A stretch of 64,000 bases of DNA, taken from the NCBI GenBank assembly GCA_044376115.1, contig JBILLK010000009.1, positions 128,001 through 192,000 on the forward strand. The letters run 5' to 3'. Origin of the DNA: Polyangiaceae bacterium. GTDB taxonomy: Bacteria; Myxococcota_A; Polyangia; Polyangiales; Polyangiaceae. Of this stretch, positions 48,118-57,893 are shown one piece after another; position 1 is the first letter of the stretch; each line of letters starts with the position of its first letter. The notes beneath the pieces are model-generated. The model did not search any database and had not been told where the DNA came from. It saw only the letters and a program-made list of their open reading frames with translations. Both the position numbers and the translations under genes were made by a program.

Positions 48118-49137
48118 TCACTTGCTGTAGCGACTGCGGATGCGCGGTACCAGGTACTCGCCAAAGGCTCGCTCTGCGTCGAAGGCGGGGGCAAACCCCC
48201 AATCCGATCGAGCGGCGCTGTCGTCGACGTCGGCTGGCCATGAGTCGACGATCTTCTCGCGCACGAGGTCTGGCTTGTAGCTAATTTCAGCCTTGGGAAA
48301 AGCCTTCTTTACATGCTCGGCGATCTGCTTGGCGGAGACCGAGAAGCCGCTCACGTTGTAAACCACGCGCGAGAGCTTGCTCTGGTCAGCGTCGAGCAAG
48401 GAGGTGAGGGCGGTAACCGCGTCGGGCATGGCCATGAACGGGATCTGCGCGTTTTCCCCGACGAAGCAGCTGTACGGTTCGCCCTTGGCTGCCGCATGCA
48501 GCATCTCCGGGCCGAAGTCGCTCGTACCGCCAGTGGGCACAGTGTCCGCCGAGATCAGCCCAGGAAAGCGCAGCGAGCGGAAATCGAGCCGAGCCATGCT
48601 GGAGAGGGCACCCAGTTGCCGGTGGTAATGCGTGTAGTACCGGCCGAGATGCTCGCAATAGAGCTTGTTGCAGCCATACATGGTTACCGGCACGGTCCAT
48701 TCATCCTCCTTGACGCGGCCAGCTGCGGCCTTGGTCGCGAGGTCAGGTAGGCCGTAGACGGCAATGGAACTCGGAAACAGGAATTTGACCGCGCGCCCGA
48801 GCCGAGCGGATTGCTGCTGCGCGACGCGCAAGAGATTGAGCGTGCCCTCGACGTTGACCTGGTGTGCGAGCTCCGGGTCCCGCTCGCCGCGCGTGGAGAG
48901 CAGCGCCGCCAGGTGGAAAACCGCATCGATCTCGTGGTGTGCCGCGATCTGATCCATCAGGTAGCGATCCATGATGTTTCCGGCGTAACTGGCGACGCAT
49001 TTAGCGCGCAGCGCGTCGGGCACCGGCGTGAGATCCAAGCTCACGACTTGATAGCGCCCTTCGGCGGCCAGCTGATTCACGAGGCTGTGGCCGATTTCTC
49101 CGTTGGATCCAGTGATGAGCACGACGCCTTTTGCCAT
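48118..49137 (-). CDS. NAD-dependent epimerase/dehydratase family, SDR-type L-threonine 3-dehydrogenase-like
   Basis: ITGSNGEIG, HLAALLS, PSSIAVYG, MYGCNK, RFPGLIS...P.GGTSDF, PFMAMPDA. Confidence 0.85.
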   Translation of the reverse strand: MAKGVVLITGSNGEIGHSLVNQLAAEGRYQVVSLDLTPVPDALRAKCVASYAGNIMDRYLMDQIAAHHEIDAVFHLAALLSTRGERDPELAHQVNVEGTLNLLRVAQQQSARLGRAVKFLFPSSIAVYGLPDLATKAAAGRVKEDEWTVPVTMYGCNKLYCEHLGRYYTHYHRQLGALSSMARLDFRSLRFPGLISADTVPTGGTSDFGPEMLHAAAKGEPYSCFVGENAQIPFMAMPDAVTALTSLLDADQSKLSRVVYNVSGFSVSAKQIAEHVKKAFPKAEISYKPDLVREKIVDSWPADVDDSAARSDWGFAPAFDAERAFGEYLVPRIRSRYSK

Positions 49138-49265
49138 GCGCCTCTTTACACCGAACGTCGCTTCTCTGGAACGGCAGCGGACGTCGACCCGCCTGGCCAA
49201 GTAAAAAAGCTTCTTGGGGCTTCAAGCCCACAGGCGCCGGTACTAAGCACCGTGCAAGGTGAAGC

Positions 49266-50309
49266 ATGGCTGAGCGAACGTTTGCGCCCAAACCCGAGTG
49301 GCTCAAGGTCCGAGCTCCGGGCGGAGACCGTTACCACGCAATCAAAGAGACGTTGCGCGAGCTGGACCTGCACACCGTTTGTGAAGAGGCGCGTTGTCCC
49401 AACGTCGGTGAGTGTTGGCGTGACGGCACGGCCACCGTCATGTTGCTGGGAGACACCTGCACGCGGGGTTGTCGCTTCTGCGCGGTCACCACGGGGGACC
49501 CGAAAGGCTCGGTGGATTCGCGCGAGCCGGAGCACGTCGCCCGCGCGATCGCCAAGATGCAGCTGCAATACGTAGTGATGACGATGGTCAACCGAGATGA
49601 CCTGCTCGACGGTGGAGCCGAGCACGTCGGTCGTACGGTGAAGCGGCTGAGAGAGCTGCGTGATGACATCCTGATCGAGACGCTGGTCGGTGATTTTTGC
49701 GGCCGGCTCGACGACGTGCGTACCGCGGCCGAGGCGATGCCCGACGTGTTTGCCCATAACGTGGAGACGGTACGCAGGCTCACGCGCACGGTTCGCGATG
49801 TTCGGTCGGGCTACGATCAGACCTTGAAGGTGCTGGCGGCTGCCGCAGCCGTGGCCAAGGAGGCCCGCGCTTCGGGGGGCCGCACGATGCTGACCAAGAG
49901 CTCGATCATGGTGGGCCTCGGGGAGACCGATGAGGAAGTCCTCGAGACGATGAAGGATCTCAAGTCGGTTGGCGTGGACATCGTCACGATTGGTCAGTAC
50001 CTGCGGCCAAGCCCGAAACACCACGAGGTGCTTCGCTTCGTGCACCCCACGGTGTTTGCTTCTTACGAGGAGCAGGCAATGAAGCTCGGCTTCCTATATG
50101 CCGCGTGCGGGCCGCTGGTTCGCTCCAGCTACAAGGCTGGCGAGGTCTTTCTCAAATCGTTGCTCGGTACCGAGGACGTGGCAGCACCGTTGGAGGAGCG
50201 CATCCTTCGGGCGCGAGAAAACGCCGCGAAGGTGCGCGAGCACGCCGCCAAAGAAGAACTGACGAAGAGCGGAATTGTGCCTGTTTCCTCTTTGGTCAGG
50301 TCACGCTGA
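49266..50309 (+). CDS. lipA: Lipoyl synthase
   Basis: KPEWLK, CEEARCPNVGEC, CTRGCRFC, HNVETV, GQYLRP, PLVRSSY. Confidence 0.97.
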   Translation: MAERTFAPKPEWLKVRAPGGDRYHAIKETLRELDLHTVCEEARCPNVGECWRDGTATVMLLGDTCTRGCRFCAVTTGDPKGSVDSREPEHVARAIAKMQLQYVVMTMVNRDDLLDGGAEHVGRTVKRLRELRDDILIETLVGDFCGRLDDVRTAAEAMPDVFAHNVETVRRLTRTVRDVRSGYDQTLKVLAAAAAVAKEARASGGRTMLTKSSIMVGLGETDEEVLETMKDLKSVGVDIVTIGQYLRPSPKHHEVLRFVHPTVFASYEEQAMKLGFLYAACGPLVRSSYKAGEVFLKSLLGTEDVAAPLEERILRARENAAKVREHAAKEELTKSGIVPVSSLVRSR

Positions 50310-51598
50310 TGGTGCGCTTACGCCATTGCGCGCTGTCAGCCTTACTGCTCATTGGCTGTGGCGACGCGGACGCAGGTTCTCAAGGTGGATCGGCCTCAGG
50401 CGGGGCGGACGCCAACGGTGGGCAGGGCGGGGAAACGAGCGTCGCCTCCGGTGGCAGTGGCGGTGCGAGCTCGAGCGGTACGGGCGGCGCTGCTGCGAGT
50501 TCCTTGGAGCAGCTGCTTCAACGTTTGCGCGCCGACTTGAGTGGCACCTTGTTGGCCGAGTCCCAAAATGGCGGTTGGCCGGTCCTGGTTGATGAAGGCT
50601 ATGTGGTGGTCTCGACCAGCGGCCAACCGCAGATCGCGGGTGGCTTTAGCTCGTGGCAGCCGCTTGCGTTGACCCCCGACCAAGGCTTTAGCTTTACCGT
50701 GATTGTGCCTGGGGATCTCACCGAGGACCGCGGCTATAAGTTCACCGACGGGATGAGCTTTGTCTCGGATGACTGGTCTCGCTCCTTTGCCTACGACGAG
50801 TTCGGTGAACTATCGCTCATTCACCCCCAAGGTGGCCGGTTTGATCGTTTCTTCGGCGTGCAGAGTTCCGAGATCGAGCCGCGAAAGGTGACCGTGCTCG
50901 TGCCTGAGCAGGCGCCATCGCACCTGCTTTACCTGCATGACGGGCAGAACCTGTTTGCGCCGTCGGCTAACTTTGGAGGTTGGCGCCTTCAGGACTCGGT
51001 ACCTGCCGGAATGATGCTGGTGGGGATTGATAACAGCCCAGCTCGCATGGATGAATACACCCATGTCGCCGACGTGCTCAGCGGCAACTCGACGGGCGGG
51101 GAAGGGGACGCCTATGTGGCATTTCTCGAGTCCGAAGTGCGGTCCCTAATCGCTAGCGTGTACGGGGAACCCGGCCGTATCGGTGTCATGGGCTCGAGCT
51201 TGGGCGGCCTCATCAGCTTGCACGCGGGCTTTCAGTTCCCAGCTAGCTATGACTTTGTTGGCTCCCTATCGGGGACGGTGGGCTGGGGCAGTTTTGGCCC
51301 GCATACGGGTGAGACGATGATTGAGCGTTACGGTGAAAGCCCCACGTTCCCATTTGTCGTCTATCTTGACTCGGGCGGAGATGGCCCTTGTGACGATGCC
51401 GACGGGGACGGCATCTTTGACGACGGGGACGGCACCGACAATTACTGTGAGAATGCGCAATTGCGCGATGCTCTGGCGATGAACGGCTACGTCTTCGGGG
51501 AGAATCTCCACCACTGGCATGAACCAGGAGCCCCCCACAACGAGGCTGCCTGGGCCGAGCGAGTATTCCGGCCGCTGCAGATTTTTGCCGCGCTTTAG
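50309..51598 (+). CDS. Alpha/beta-hydrolase (esterase) lipoprotein
   Basis: Lipobox LIGC, Gly/Ser linker, YLHDGQNLF, GSSLGG, HNEAAWAER. Confidence 0.87.
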   Translation: MVRLRHCALSALLLIGCGDADAGSQGGSASGGADANGGQGGETSVASGGSGGASSSGTGGAAASSLEQLLQRLRADLSGTLLAESQNGGWPVLVDEGYVVVSTSGQPQIAGGFSSWQPLALTPDQGFSFTVIVPGDLTEDRGYKFTDGMSFVSDDWSRSFAYDEFGELSLIHPQGGRFDRFFGVQSSEIEPRKVTVLVPEQAPSHLLYLHDGQNLFAPSANFGGWRLQDSVPAGMMLVGIDNSPARMDEYTHVADVLSGNSTGGEGDAYVAFLESEVRSLIASVYGEPGRIGVMGSSLGGLISLHAGFQFPASYDFVGSLSGTVGWGSFGPHTGETMIERYGESPTFPFVVYLDSGGDGPCDDADGDGIFDDGDGTDNYCENAQLRDALAMNGYVFGENLHHWHEPGAPHNEAAWAERVFRPLQIFAAL

Positions 51599-51700
51599 CC
51601 GCACTTCATACTGCTCGCTGGGGGCTTTCAACTGCACCTCGAGCGAGTAGGCTGCGCGCCAGAGCTGCGACTAGCGCGCGGTGGCACGGAGGATTGAATC

Positions 51701-52228
51701 ATGAAGAGTGTTTGGTTTTCATTGGCGATGGTCCTTGCGATCGGTTGTGGAGATGGCGGGGGAGCGGCAGCTAGCGGCTCAGCGTCCAGCAAGCCTGCTG
51801 GGTCTGCGGCGAACTCGGCGAAGCCAGCAGCTTCCGCCGCCGCCACGGCGACCGCCGCCGCTAGCGCAGCTGCAACCGCCACCGGCTCCGCTTCGGCGGG
51901 CGAAGCTGGCGCCATCGTCAAGCTGCTGGAAGACTTGCAGACGAACGAGGCGAATTACAAGGATAAGCCAGTCAAGGTCGAGGCGCTCTACCTCAGCACG
52001 TCCAGCATGACCTCGGGCGGCAAAAAGACCTACAACATTAGCGTCACCGACAAGAAGGGCGATCTCGACAACACACTATCTTGTGAACTTGGCGAGACCG
52101 AGCCCAAGGACCTCATGCAGTACGACGCGGTGGTGATTGAGGGCAAAGGCTCCGTCTCGAATGCGCAGAAGGGCGATAAGAAGTTCAAGAGCCTGCGTCT
52201 GACCGAGTGTAAGTTTACGAAGAAGTAA
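51701..52228 (+). CDS. Lipoprotein with OB-fold-like C-terminal domain
   Basis: SD GGAGG, lipobox AIGC, Ala/Ser linker, YKDKPVKV...C...VVIEG...L..C. Confidence 0.75.
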   Translation: MKSVWFSLAMVLAIGCGDGGGAAASGSASSKPAGSAANSAKPAASAAATATAAASAAATATGSASAGEAGAIVKLLEDLQTNEANYKDKPVKVEALYLSTSSMTSGGKKTYNISVTDKKGDLDNTLSCELGETEPKDLMQYDAVVIEGKGSVSNAQKGDKKFKSLRLTECKFTKK

Positions 52229-52244
52229 GCAGGCGCTCGCAACC

Positions 52245-52949
52245 GTGATTCGCATCGAGAAGCTGAATAAGAGCTACACGCTCGGGCATCATGCGTTGCA
52301 TGTTTTGCGAGACATTGACCTGTTAGTAGAGAAGGGGGAGCTCGTAGCAATCACGGGCTCCTCCGGCTCAGGTAAGTCGACGCTACTCAATATTTTAGGC
52401 GTCCTGGACGAGTATGACTCTGGCTCCTACTTTCTTGGGGATACCCTGGTAAAGGACCTGAGTGAAACGCGCGCCGCGCAGGTGCGGAATCGTCAGATCG
52501 GGTTCGTTTTTCAGTCCTTCAACCTATTGCCGTTCAAAACGGCAGTAGAGAATGTGGCTCTGCCTCTTTTTTACCAGGGAGTATCTCGCAAGAAGCGGGA
52601 TGCTTTGGCTCACACGCTCCTCGACCGAGTTGGACTCCTTGACTGGGCCAAGCACTTGCCGTCGGAGATGTCGGGCGGCCAGAAACAGCGCGTGGCGATC
52701 GCGCGTGCGCTGATCACCAGCCCAACCGTGCTGCTCGCCGATGAACCGACGGGCGCTCTCGACTCAAAGACATCGACGGCGATCATGGATTTGCTCATGG
52801 ACGTCAACGCGGACGGTGTCACCGTGGTGATCGTGACGCATGAGGCTGCGGTAGCCGCACGGACCCGACGCGTCATACGACTCAAGGACGGTGTCATCGA
52901 GTCGGAGACCACCGGCGCTGCTCAGGGGGCCGATGGATCGGCTCACTGA
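52245..52949 (+). CDS. ABC transporter ATP-binding protein (MacB/LolD type)
   Basis: GSSGSGKST, GFVFQSFNL, MSGGQKQRVAIARAL, ADEPTGALD. Confidence 0.95.
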   Translation: MIRIEKLNKSYTLGHHALHVLRDIDLLVEKGELVAITGSSGSGKSTLLNILGVLDEYDSGSYFLGDTLVKDLSETRAAQVRNRQIGFVFQSFNLLPFKTAVENVALPLFYQGVSRKKRDALAHTLLDRVGLLDWAKHLPSEMSGGQKQRVAIARALITSPTVLLADEPTGALDSKTSTAIMDLLMDVNADGVTVVIVTHEAAVAARTRRVIRLKDGVIESETTGAAQGADGSAH

Positions 52950-54159
52950 ACTCTTTGACACCTTGCGTACCGCAAAACTGCGGACAGCAGTTACAGCGCT
53001 CAGCGTGGCCTGGGGCATCTTTATGCTAGTCATCCTGCTCGGTGCAGGGCGGGGTATTCAGAACGGCGCCGAGCACGAGTTCCGCGATGACGCGACGAAC
53101 AGCCTATGGGTTTGGCGCGGAACGACCTCCATGCCCTGGCAAGGTCACAAACCCGGGCGGCGGGTACGGCTCGATAGCGACGACATCGACGCGATCCAAC
53201 GATCCGTCGAGGGGGTAGAACACATGACGGGGCGCTTCTACCTGCCTGGTGAATACACAACTTCCTTCAATGGCGTCGTCGCATCCTTCGAGGTGAGAGC
53301 CGTCCACCCAGGCCACCGCTATCTCGAGAATACCTCTATTCGCGAGGGCCGCTTTCTCAATCCGCTGGATCTGAGCGAGCGACGGAAGGTGGCGGTGATA
53401 GGCCCGGCCGTGGTGACGCGACTTTTCAAGGACGTGAACCCGCTTGGTGAGTGGCTAGAAATTGGCGGACGGATGTATCGCGTGGTCGGTGTGTTCGAGG
53501 ATGCGGGCGGCGAGGAGGAGGAGCAAAAGATCTACATACCAATCACGACGGCACAAATGGTTTATGGCGCTGAAGGCCAGGTCAACCAGATCATGTTTAC
53601 CCTCGGCGGTGGCGCGGACGTCGAGTCGAGCAAGCGAGCCATCGCTGACACCACCAAGGTGATTGCTAGTCATCACAACTTCTCGCCCAAGGACAAGCGT
53701 GCGCTGCGGGTGCGCAATACGTTGGAGGATTTTCAACGAGTGGCTGGCCTGTTTGCGAAAATCCGGACCTTCATCTGGATCGTAGGCGTGGGCACCATCA
53801 TCGCGGGCATCGTAGGCGTCAGCAACATCATGCTGATCTCGGTTCGCGAGCGAACGAAGGAGATCGGGATCCGTAAAGCGTTAGGAGCAACCCCGTGGAC
53901 CATCGTATCTCAGGTGCTGCTTGAGTCGCTGGTCGTTACTGGGGTATCGGGTTACAGCGGGCTCGTGCTCGGGTTAGCCACGTTGGAGCTGGCCAAGTGG
54001 AAGCTCCCTCCGACAGACTTTTTTCGCGACCCGCAGGCCGACCTCGGGGTTGTGGTAGGGGCTACCTTGCTGTTGGTCTTCTCAGGGCTCTTGGCGGGCT
54101 ACTTCCCTGCTAGTTTGGCTGCGAAGGTAAGTCCTTCGGTGGCGCTGCGCGCTGAATGA
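52933..54159 (+). CDS. ABC transporter permease (MacB/FtsX type)
   Basis: LRT.VT.LSV.WGI, large periplasmic loop, GVSNIML.SVRERTKEIGIRKALGA. Confidence 0.93.
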   Translation: MDRLTELFDTLRTAKLRTAVTALSVAWGIFMLVILLGAGRGIQNGAEHEFRDDATNSLWVWRGTTSMPWQGHKPGRRVRLDSDDIDAIQRSVEGVEHMTGRFYLPGEYTTSFNGVVASFEVRAVHPGHRYLENTSIREGRFLNPLDLSERRKVAVIGPAVVTRLFKDVNPLGEWLEIGGRMYRVVGVFEDAGGEEEEQKIYIPITTAQMVYGAEGQVNQIMFTLGGGADVESSKRAIADTTKVIASHHNFSPKDKRALRVRNTLEDFQRVAGLFAKIRTFIWIVGVGTIIAGIVGVSNIMLISVRERTKEIGIRKALGATPWTIVSQVLLESLVVTGVSGYSGLVLGLATLELAKWKLPPTDFFRDPQADLGVVVGATLLLVFSGLLAGYFPASLAAKVSPSVALRAE

Positions 54160-55424
54160 TGTTTGACCTGGACCAATGGCAAGAGATCTTCAGCACGATG
54201 CGCCGCAACTGGCTGCGCACGTTGTTGACCGCCATCGGCGTGTTTTGGGGCGTGCTGATGCTGATGGTGATGGTGGGCTTTGGCAACGGGCTCGAAACTG
54301 GAGTGAAGAAGGATATGGCTGGCATTGCCACCAATAGCTTCTACGTTTGGGGCGGCCGGACCAGCGTTCCCTTCGACGGCTTGGCTCCCGGCAAGTTTGT
54401 CGAACTCACGGTGTCTGACGCCAAACAGGTTCAAGCGCTCGTGCCCGAGATTCGTGCACTCGCCCCGCGTGCATCACTGGGCGGGCGAGGCGGAGGTGCT
54501 GCGGTCACGCACAAAGAGAAGTCGGGGAGCTTCCAAATCTCGGGGGACGTACCCGCTCTCCGGCTCGTCCAGCCGATGACCATGCTCAAAGGAAGGTTCC
54601 TGAACGAACTGGATCAGGAGCACCACCGCAAAGTGGCTGTGATTGGTGAGAACGTACTTCTGGCCTTGTTCGCCGTTGGGGAGGAGCCAATCGGTTCGAC
54701 GCTGGAGATCCGCGGCGTCGAGTTCTTGGTGATCGGAGTCTTTCGCTCGCCAGCCACGGGCGATCGCGCGGACCGGCTGGCCAATACAATCCATTTACCC
54801 TTGTCGACCTTTCAGCAGGCGCTACGTCCAAGTCCGGTCGTCAATAACTTTGCCGTACTCGTGCACGAAGGTGAAAGCGCAGAACTCGCCATGGTCAGGG
54901 TACAAGAGGAGCTTCGCCGCCTGCATCGCATCGCACCAACCGACAGCCAAGCGATCGGCACATGGAACGCCGAGAAGGAGTTTCAGAAAATCAACGGGCT
55001 CTTCGTTGGTATCCGTGCCTTGATTGGCTTTGTCGGAGCGATGACGCTCTTGGCTGGGATATTAGGCGTAAGCAACATCATGATGATTAGCGTGCGAGAG
55101 CGCACGCGCGAGATTGGTATTCGACGAGCGATTGGTGCAACCCCGTGGGCGATCTTGGCGCAGATCCTCAAGGAGTCCACTGTGCTAACCACCTTCGCGG
55201 GCGCGTTGGGCCTCATGTCTGGGGTGGGGTTGCTCGAATTGGTGGGCACGTTTCTCAATCAGGGCCCAGCCGGAGAACCCTCCCTGCTCGACCCTCCGCA
55301 CGCCCAGTTCAGCGTTGCGGCATTGGCTTCGGTGGTCATGGTTGCGGGAGGGGCCGGTGCGGGCTTGATACCGGCTTTGCAAGCTCTGCGGGTTCGGCCG
55401 GTGGTGGCGCTTCGCGATGAGTAG
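54156..55424 (+). CDS. ABC transporter permease (MacB/FtsX type)
   Basis: Paralogous motifs GVSNIMM.SVRERTREIGIRRAIGA; 4-nt overlap. Confidence 0.93.
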   Translation: MMFDLDQWQEIFSTMRRNWLRTLLTAIGVFWGVLMLMVMVGFGNGLETGVKKDMAGIATNSFYVWGGRTSVPFDGLAPGKFVELTVSDAKQVQALVPEIRALAPRASLGGRGGGAAVTHKEKSGSFQISGDVPALRLVQPMTMLKGRFLNELDQEHHRKVAVIGENVLLALFAVGEEPIGSTLEIRGVEFLVIGVFRSPATGDRADRLANTIHLPLSTFQQALRPSPVVNNFAVLVHEGESAELAMVRVQEELRRLHRIAPTDSQAIGTWNAEKEFQKINGLFVGIRALIGFVGAMTLLAGILGVSNIMMISVRERTREIGIRRAIGATPWAILAQILKESTVLTTFAGALGLMSGVGLLELVGTFLNQGPAGEPSLLDPPHAQFSVAALASVVMVAGGAGAGLIPALQALRVRPVVALRDE

Positions 55425-56541
55425 TCTATTGCGACGACTGGGCCGGGCCATGCGCACCGGGCTCGTGACGCTTCTGGTTCTCAGCTTTCTTGGGGGCTTT
55501 GGCTATACGTTCTATTTTCTCTACCAACGAAGCAAAGGCACTCCGGTGGTGGTGAAGACCGAGAAACCTAGGCTTGCCGACATTATCAAGAAGTCCGTCG
55601 CCACCGGATCGATGGTCCCGCGTAAAGAGGTATTCATAAAGCCGCGCGTGTCGGGCATCGTAAAGAGGTTGCACGTCGTTCCCGGGGCGATCGTTCGAGA
55701 AGGGGACCTGATTGCGGAGGTCACCATCATCCCAGACATAGCCGCGTTGACTCGTGCCGAGGGCCAAGTCCGCGCTGCTGGTATCTCGCTAAAGTACGCC
55801 GAACTCGAGCTTGCTCGAAGCAAGCGACTCGCCGACGAAGGGCTGGCCTCGCAAAGCGAGGTCGCAGCACGCAAGCTGGACTACGAGATCCGCCAGGCGG
55901 AGCTAATGGCCGCGAGTGAGAGTCTCCAGGTTGCCAAAGACGGCGCGCTCGCCAAGAGCGACAAATCGAGCAACACGATGATTCGAGCAACCGTAGCTGG
56001 GACCATTCTGGACACGCCGGTGCTCGAGGGCTCAAGCGTGATTGAGAGCAATAACTTCAACGAGGGCACGACGGTCGCTGTCGTCGCCGATATGACCGAC
56101 ATGATCTTTGTCGGCAAAGTCGATGAGGCCGACGTTGGTAAGATCGCCGTAGGTATGTCTGTTTCGATTCAGATCGGAGCCATCGAGGGCCGCAAGTTCG
56201 AAGGTAAGCTCGAGTCCATCGCGGCTAAAGGCAAGCTCGTGGATGGCGCTATTCAGTTCGAAGTAAAGGCGGCGCTGGCCCCGGTGAACAACGTCGTTAT
56301 TCGGGCTGGATATAGCGCTAACGCGGGTATCGTGCTCGACCAGCGGATGGGCGCTTTGGCGGTGGATGAGAAGCTCGTCCAATTCGACGGGAAGCAAGCC
56401 TTCGTAGAGATTGCCGCAGCGGACGGCGTCTTCGAGCGTAAGGACGTGAAGTTGGGCCTGAGCGACGGGCTGGTGATCGAAGTGCTCGACGGACTGACCT
56501 TGGAGGACGTGGTCAAAGTGCCGAGCGCCAAGAGTGACTGA
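55417..56541 (+). CDS. Periplasmic adaptor / membrane fusion protein (MacA-like)
   Basis: Single TM, IKPRVSGIV..L.V..G..V..GD, coiled coil, IRA.V.GT, VDEADVG.I..G. Confidence 0.92.
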   Translation: MSSLLRRLGRAMRTGLVTLLVLSFLGGFGYTFYFLYQRSKGTPVVVKTEKPRLADIIKKSVATGSMVPRKEVFIKPRVSGIVKRLHVVPGAIVREGDLIAEVTIIPDIAALTRAEGQVRAAGISLKYAELELARSKRLADEGLASQSEVAARKLDYEIRQAELMAASESLQVAKDGALAKSDKSSNTMIRATVAGTILDTPVLEGSSVIESNNFNEGTTVAVVADMTDMIFVGKVDEADVGKIAVGMSVSIQIGAIEGRKFEGKLESIAAKGKLVDGAIQFEVKAALAPVNNVVIRAGYSANAGIVLDQRMGALAVDEKLVQFDGKQAFVEIAAADGVFERKDVKLGLSDGLVIEVLDGLTLEDVVKVPSAKSD

Positions 56542-56630
56542 GCGCCCAGCGGCGCGCTATTCAGGCTGCGAAGCGGCTCGGCGGTGAACTTAAACTTCCG
56601 TTTGTTCACGTCTCGGAGTAGGGAGCGCGC

Positions 56631-57083
56631 ATGCGCACGATCGTATTGCCCCTCAGCGTTCTGATGCTCACCTTCGGCTGCAGCTCGCAGAAAGAGGTCG
56701 CGGAACCGCACGAGCACGAGCACGGTGGAGAACACGCTCATGGCGAAGAGGGCCACCATGACGGCCACGGTAAGAAGCATGATGGAGACCACGAGGGTGG
56801 CCACCACAAGATGGCGGCTGGCCCGGTTAAGGACTTCCATGACGTACTCGCGCCCGTGTTCCATATGGAAAAGGGGGCTGCCCGTGCTGACGCAGCTTGC
56901 ACCGCCGTTCCGTCGTTCAAGGAGAAGGGGGCCCCGCTAGCCACCGAGTCCAAGGAGCATGGCGCCGCGTTGGTTGCCGCCGTTGCCGAGCTCGAGAAGG
57001 TTTGCGCGAGCGACAAGGCCGCGGTCGAGGCGAAGCTCGACGTTGTTCACGAAGCTTTTCACAAGGTCATGGAGTCGCACTGA
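56631..57083 (+). CDS. His-rich lipoprotein
   Basis: Lipobox TFGC, HEHEHGGEHAHGEEGHHDGH tract, helical domain FHDVLAP.FH...C...C...VHEAFH. Confidence 0.8.
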   Translation: MRTIVLPLSVLMLTFGCSSQKEVAEPHEHEHGGEHAHGEEGHHDGHGKKHDGDHEGGHHKMAAGPVKDFHDVLAPVFHMEKGAARADAACTAVPSFKEKGAPLATESKEHGAALVAAVAELEKVCASDKAAVEAKLDVVHEAFHKVMESH

Positions 57084-57236
57084 CCTGGTTCTTGGGGTTC
57101 TCGGGAACCAGGGCTGCGGCGTTTTGCCGCACCCGCGGCGAAGTTGTGATGGTAGCGGCAGCTTGCCATCTTGCCCCGCCCACCCGTTTCACCCCAAAAC
57201 CCTCACCGCATTGATGGGAACGGAGCCTAAACAAGC

Positions 57237-57893
57237 ATGAGCCGGTTTTTCTTCCCGAAGTGGGCGAACAAGGCGCTTCCGTACACGGTCTTCCTCGGAC
57301 TTGGTCCGCTGGGAACCGCTGCGGTAGCCGGCCTTTGGTACTACGGAACGGACAAACATCTGTCAGTGGGCTACGCGCCCCAGCAGCCGATTCCGTTCAG
57401 CCACAAGCTACACGCGGGCGACATGGGGATGGACTGCCGCTACTGCCACACGACGGTTGAGCGCGCCGCCTTCGCAGCAATTCCACCTACGGAGACGTGC
57501 ATGAATTGCCACGCGGCAATCAAAGCATCGAGTCCGAAGCTGGCACCGCTACGCGAGAGCTGGGAGAAGGACACCCCGGTGGAGTGGACCAAAGTCCACA
57601 TGCTCCCCGACTACGCCTACTTCGACCACAGCGCGCATTTGAACGCAGGTGTTGGCTGTGAGAGTTGTCACGGCCGCATCGACCAGATGCCAGTCGTCAC
57701 TCAAGCCGAGCCGCTTTCGATGGGCTGGTGTCTCGAGTGTCACCGCGCACCGGAGCAGCATCTCCGCGATCCGAAGGACGTGACCAAGATGGGCATGCTC
57801 GAGGAGTCGCGAGCGACGAACAAACCCATGAACCGGCCAGCAGACATGCGCAAGCCGATCCCCCCGCAGCACTGCTCAGGGTGCCACCGATGA
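57237..57893 (+). CDS. actA: Alternative complex III pentaheme cytochrome c subunit
   Basis: Five CxxCH motifs, QPIPFSHKLHAG, LPDYAYFDHSAH, LSMGWC. Confidence 0.93.
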   Translation: MSRFFFPKWANKALPYTVFLGLGPLGTAAVAGLWYYGTDKHLSVGYAPQQPIPFSHKLHAGDMGMDCRYCHTTVERAAFAAIPPTETCMNCHAAIKASSPKLAPLRESWEKDTPVEWTKVHMLPDYAYFDHSAHLNAGVGCESCHGRIDQMPVVTQAEPLSMGWCLECHRAPEQHLRDPKDVTKMGMLEESRATNKPMNRPADMRKPIPPQHCSGCHR

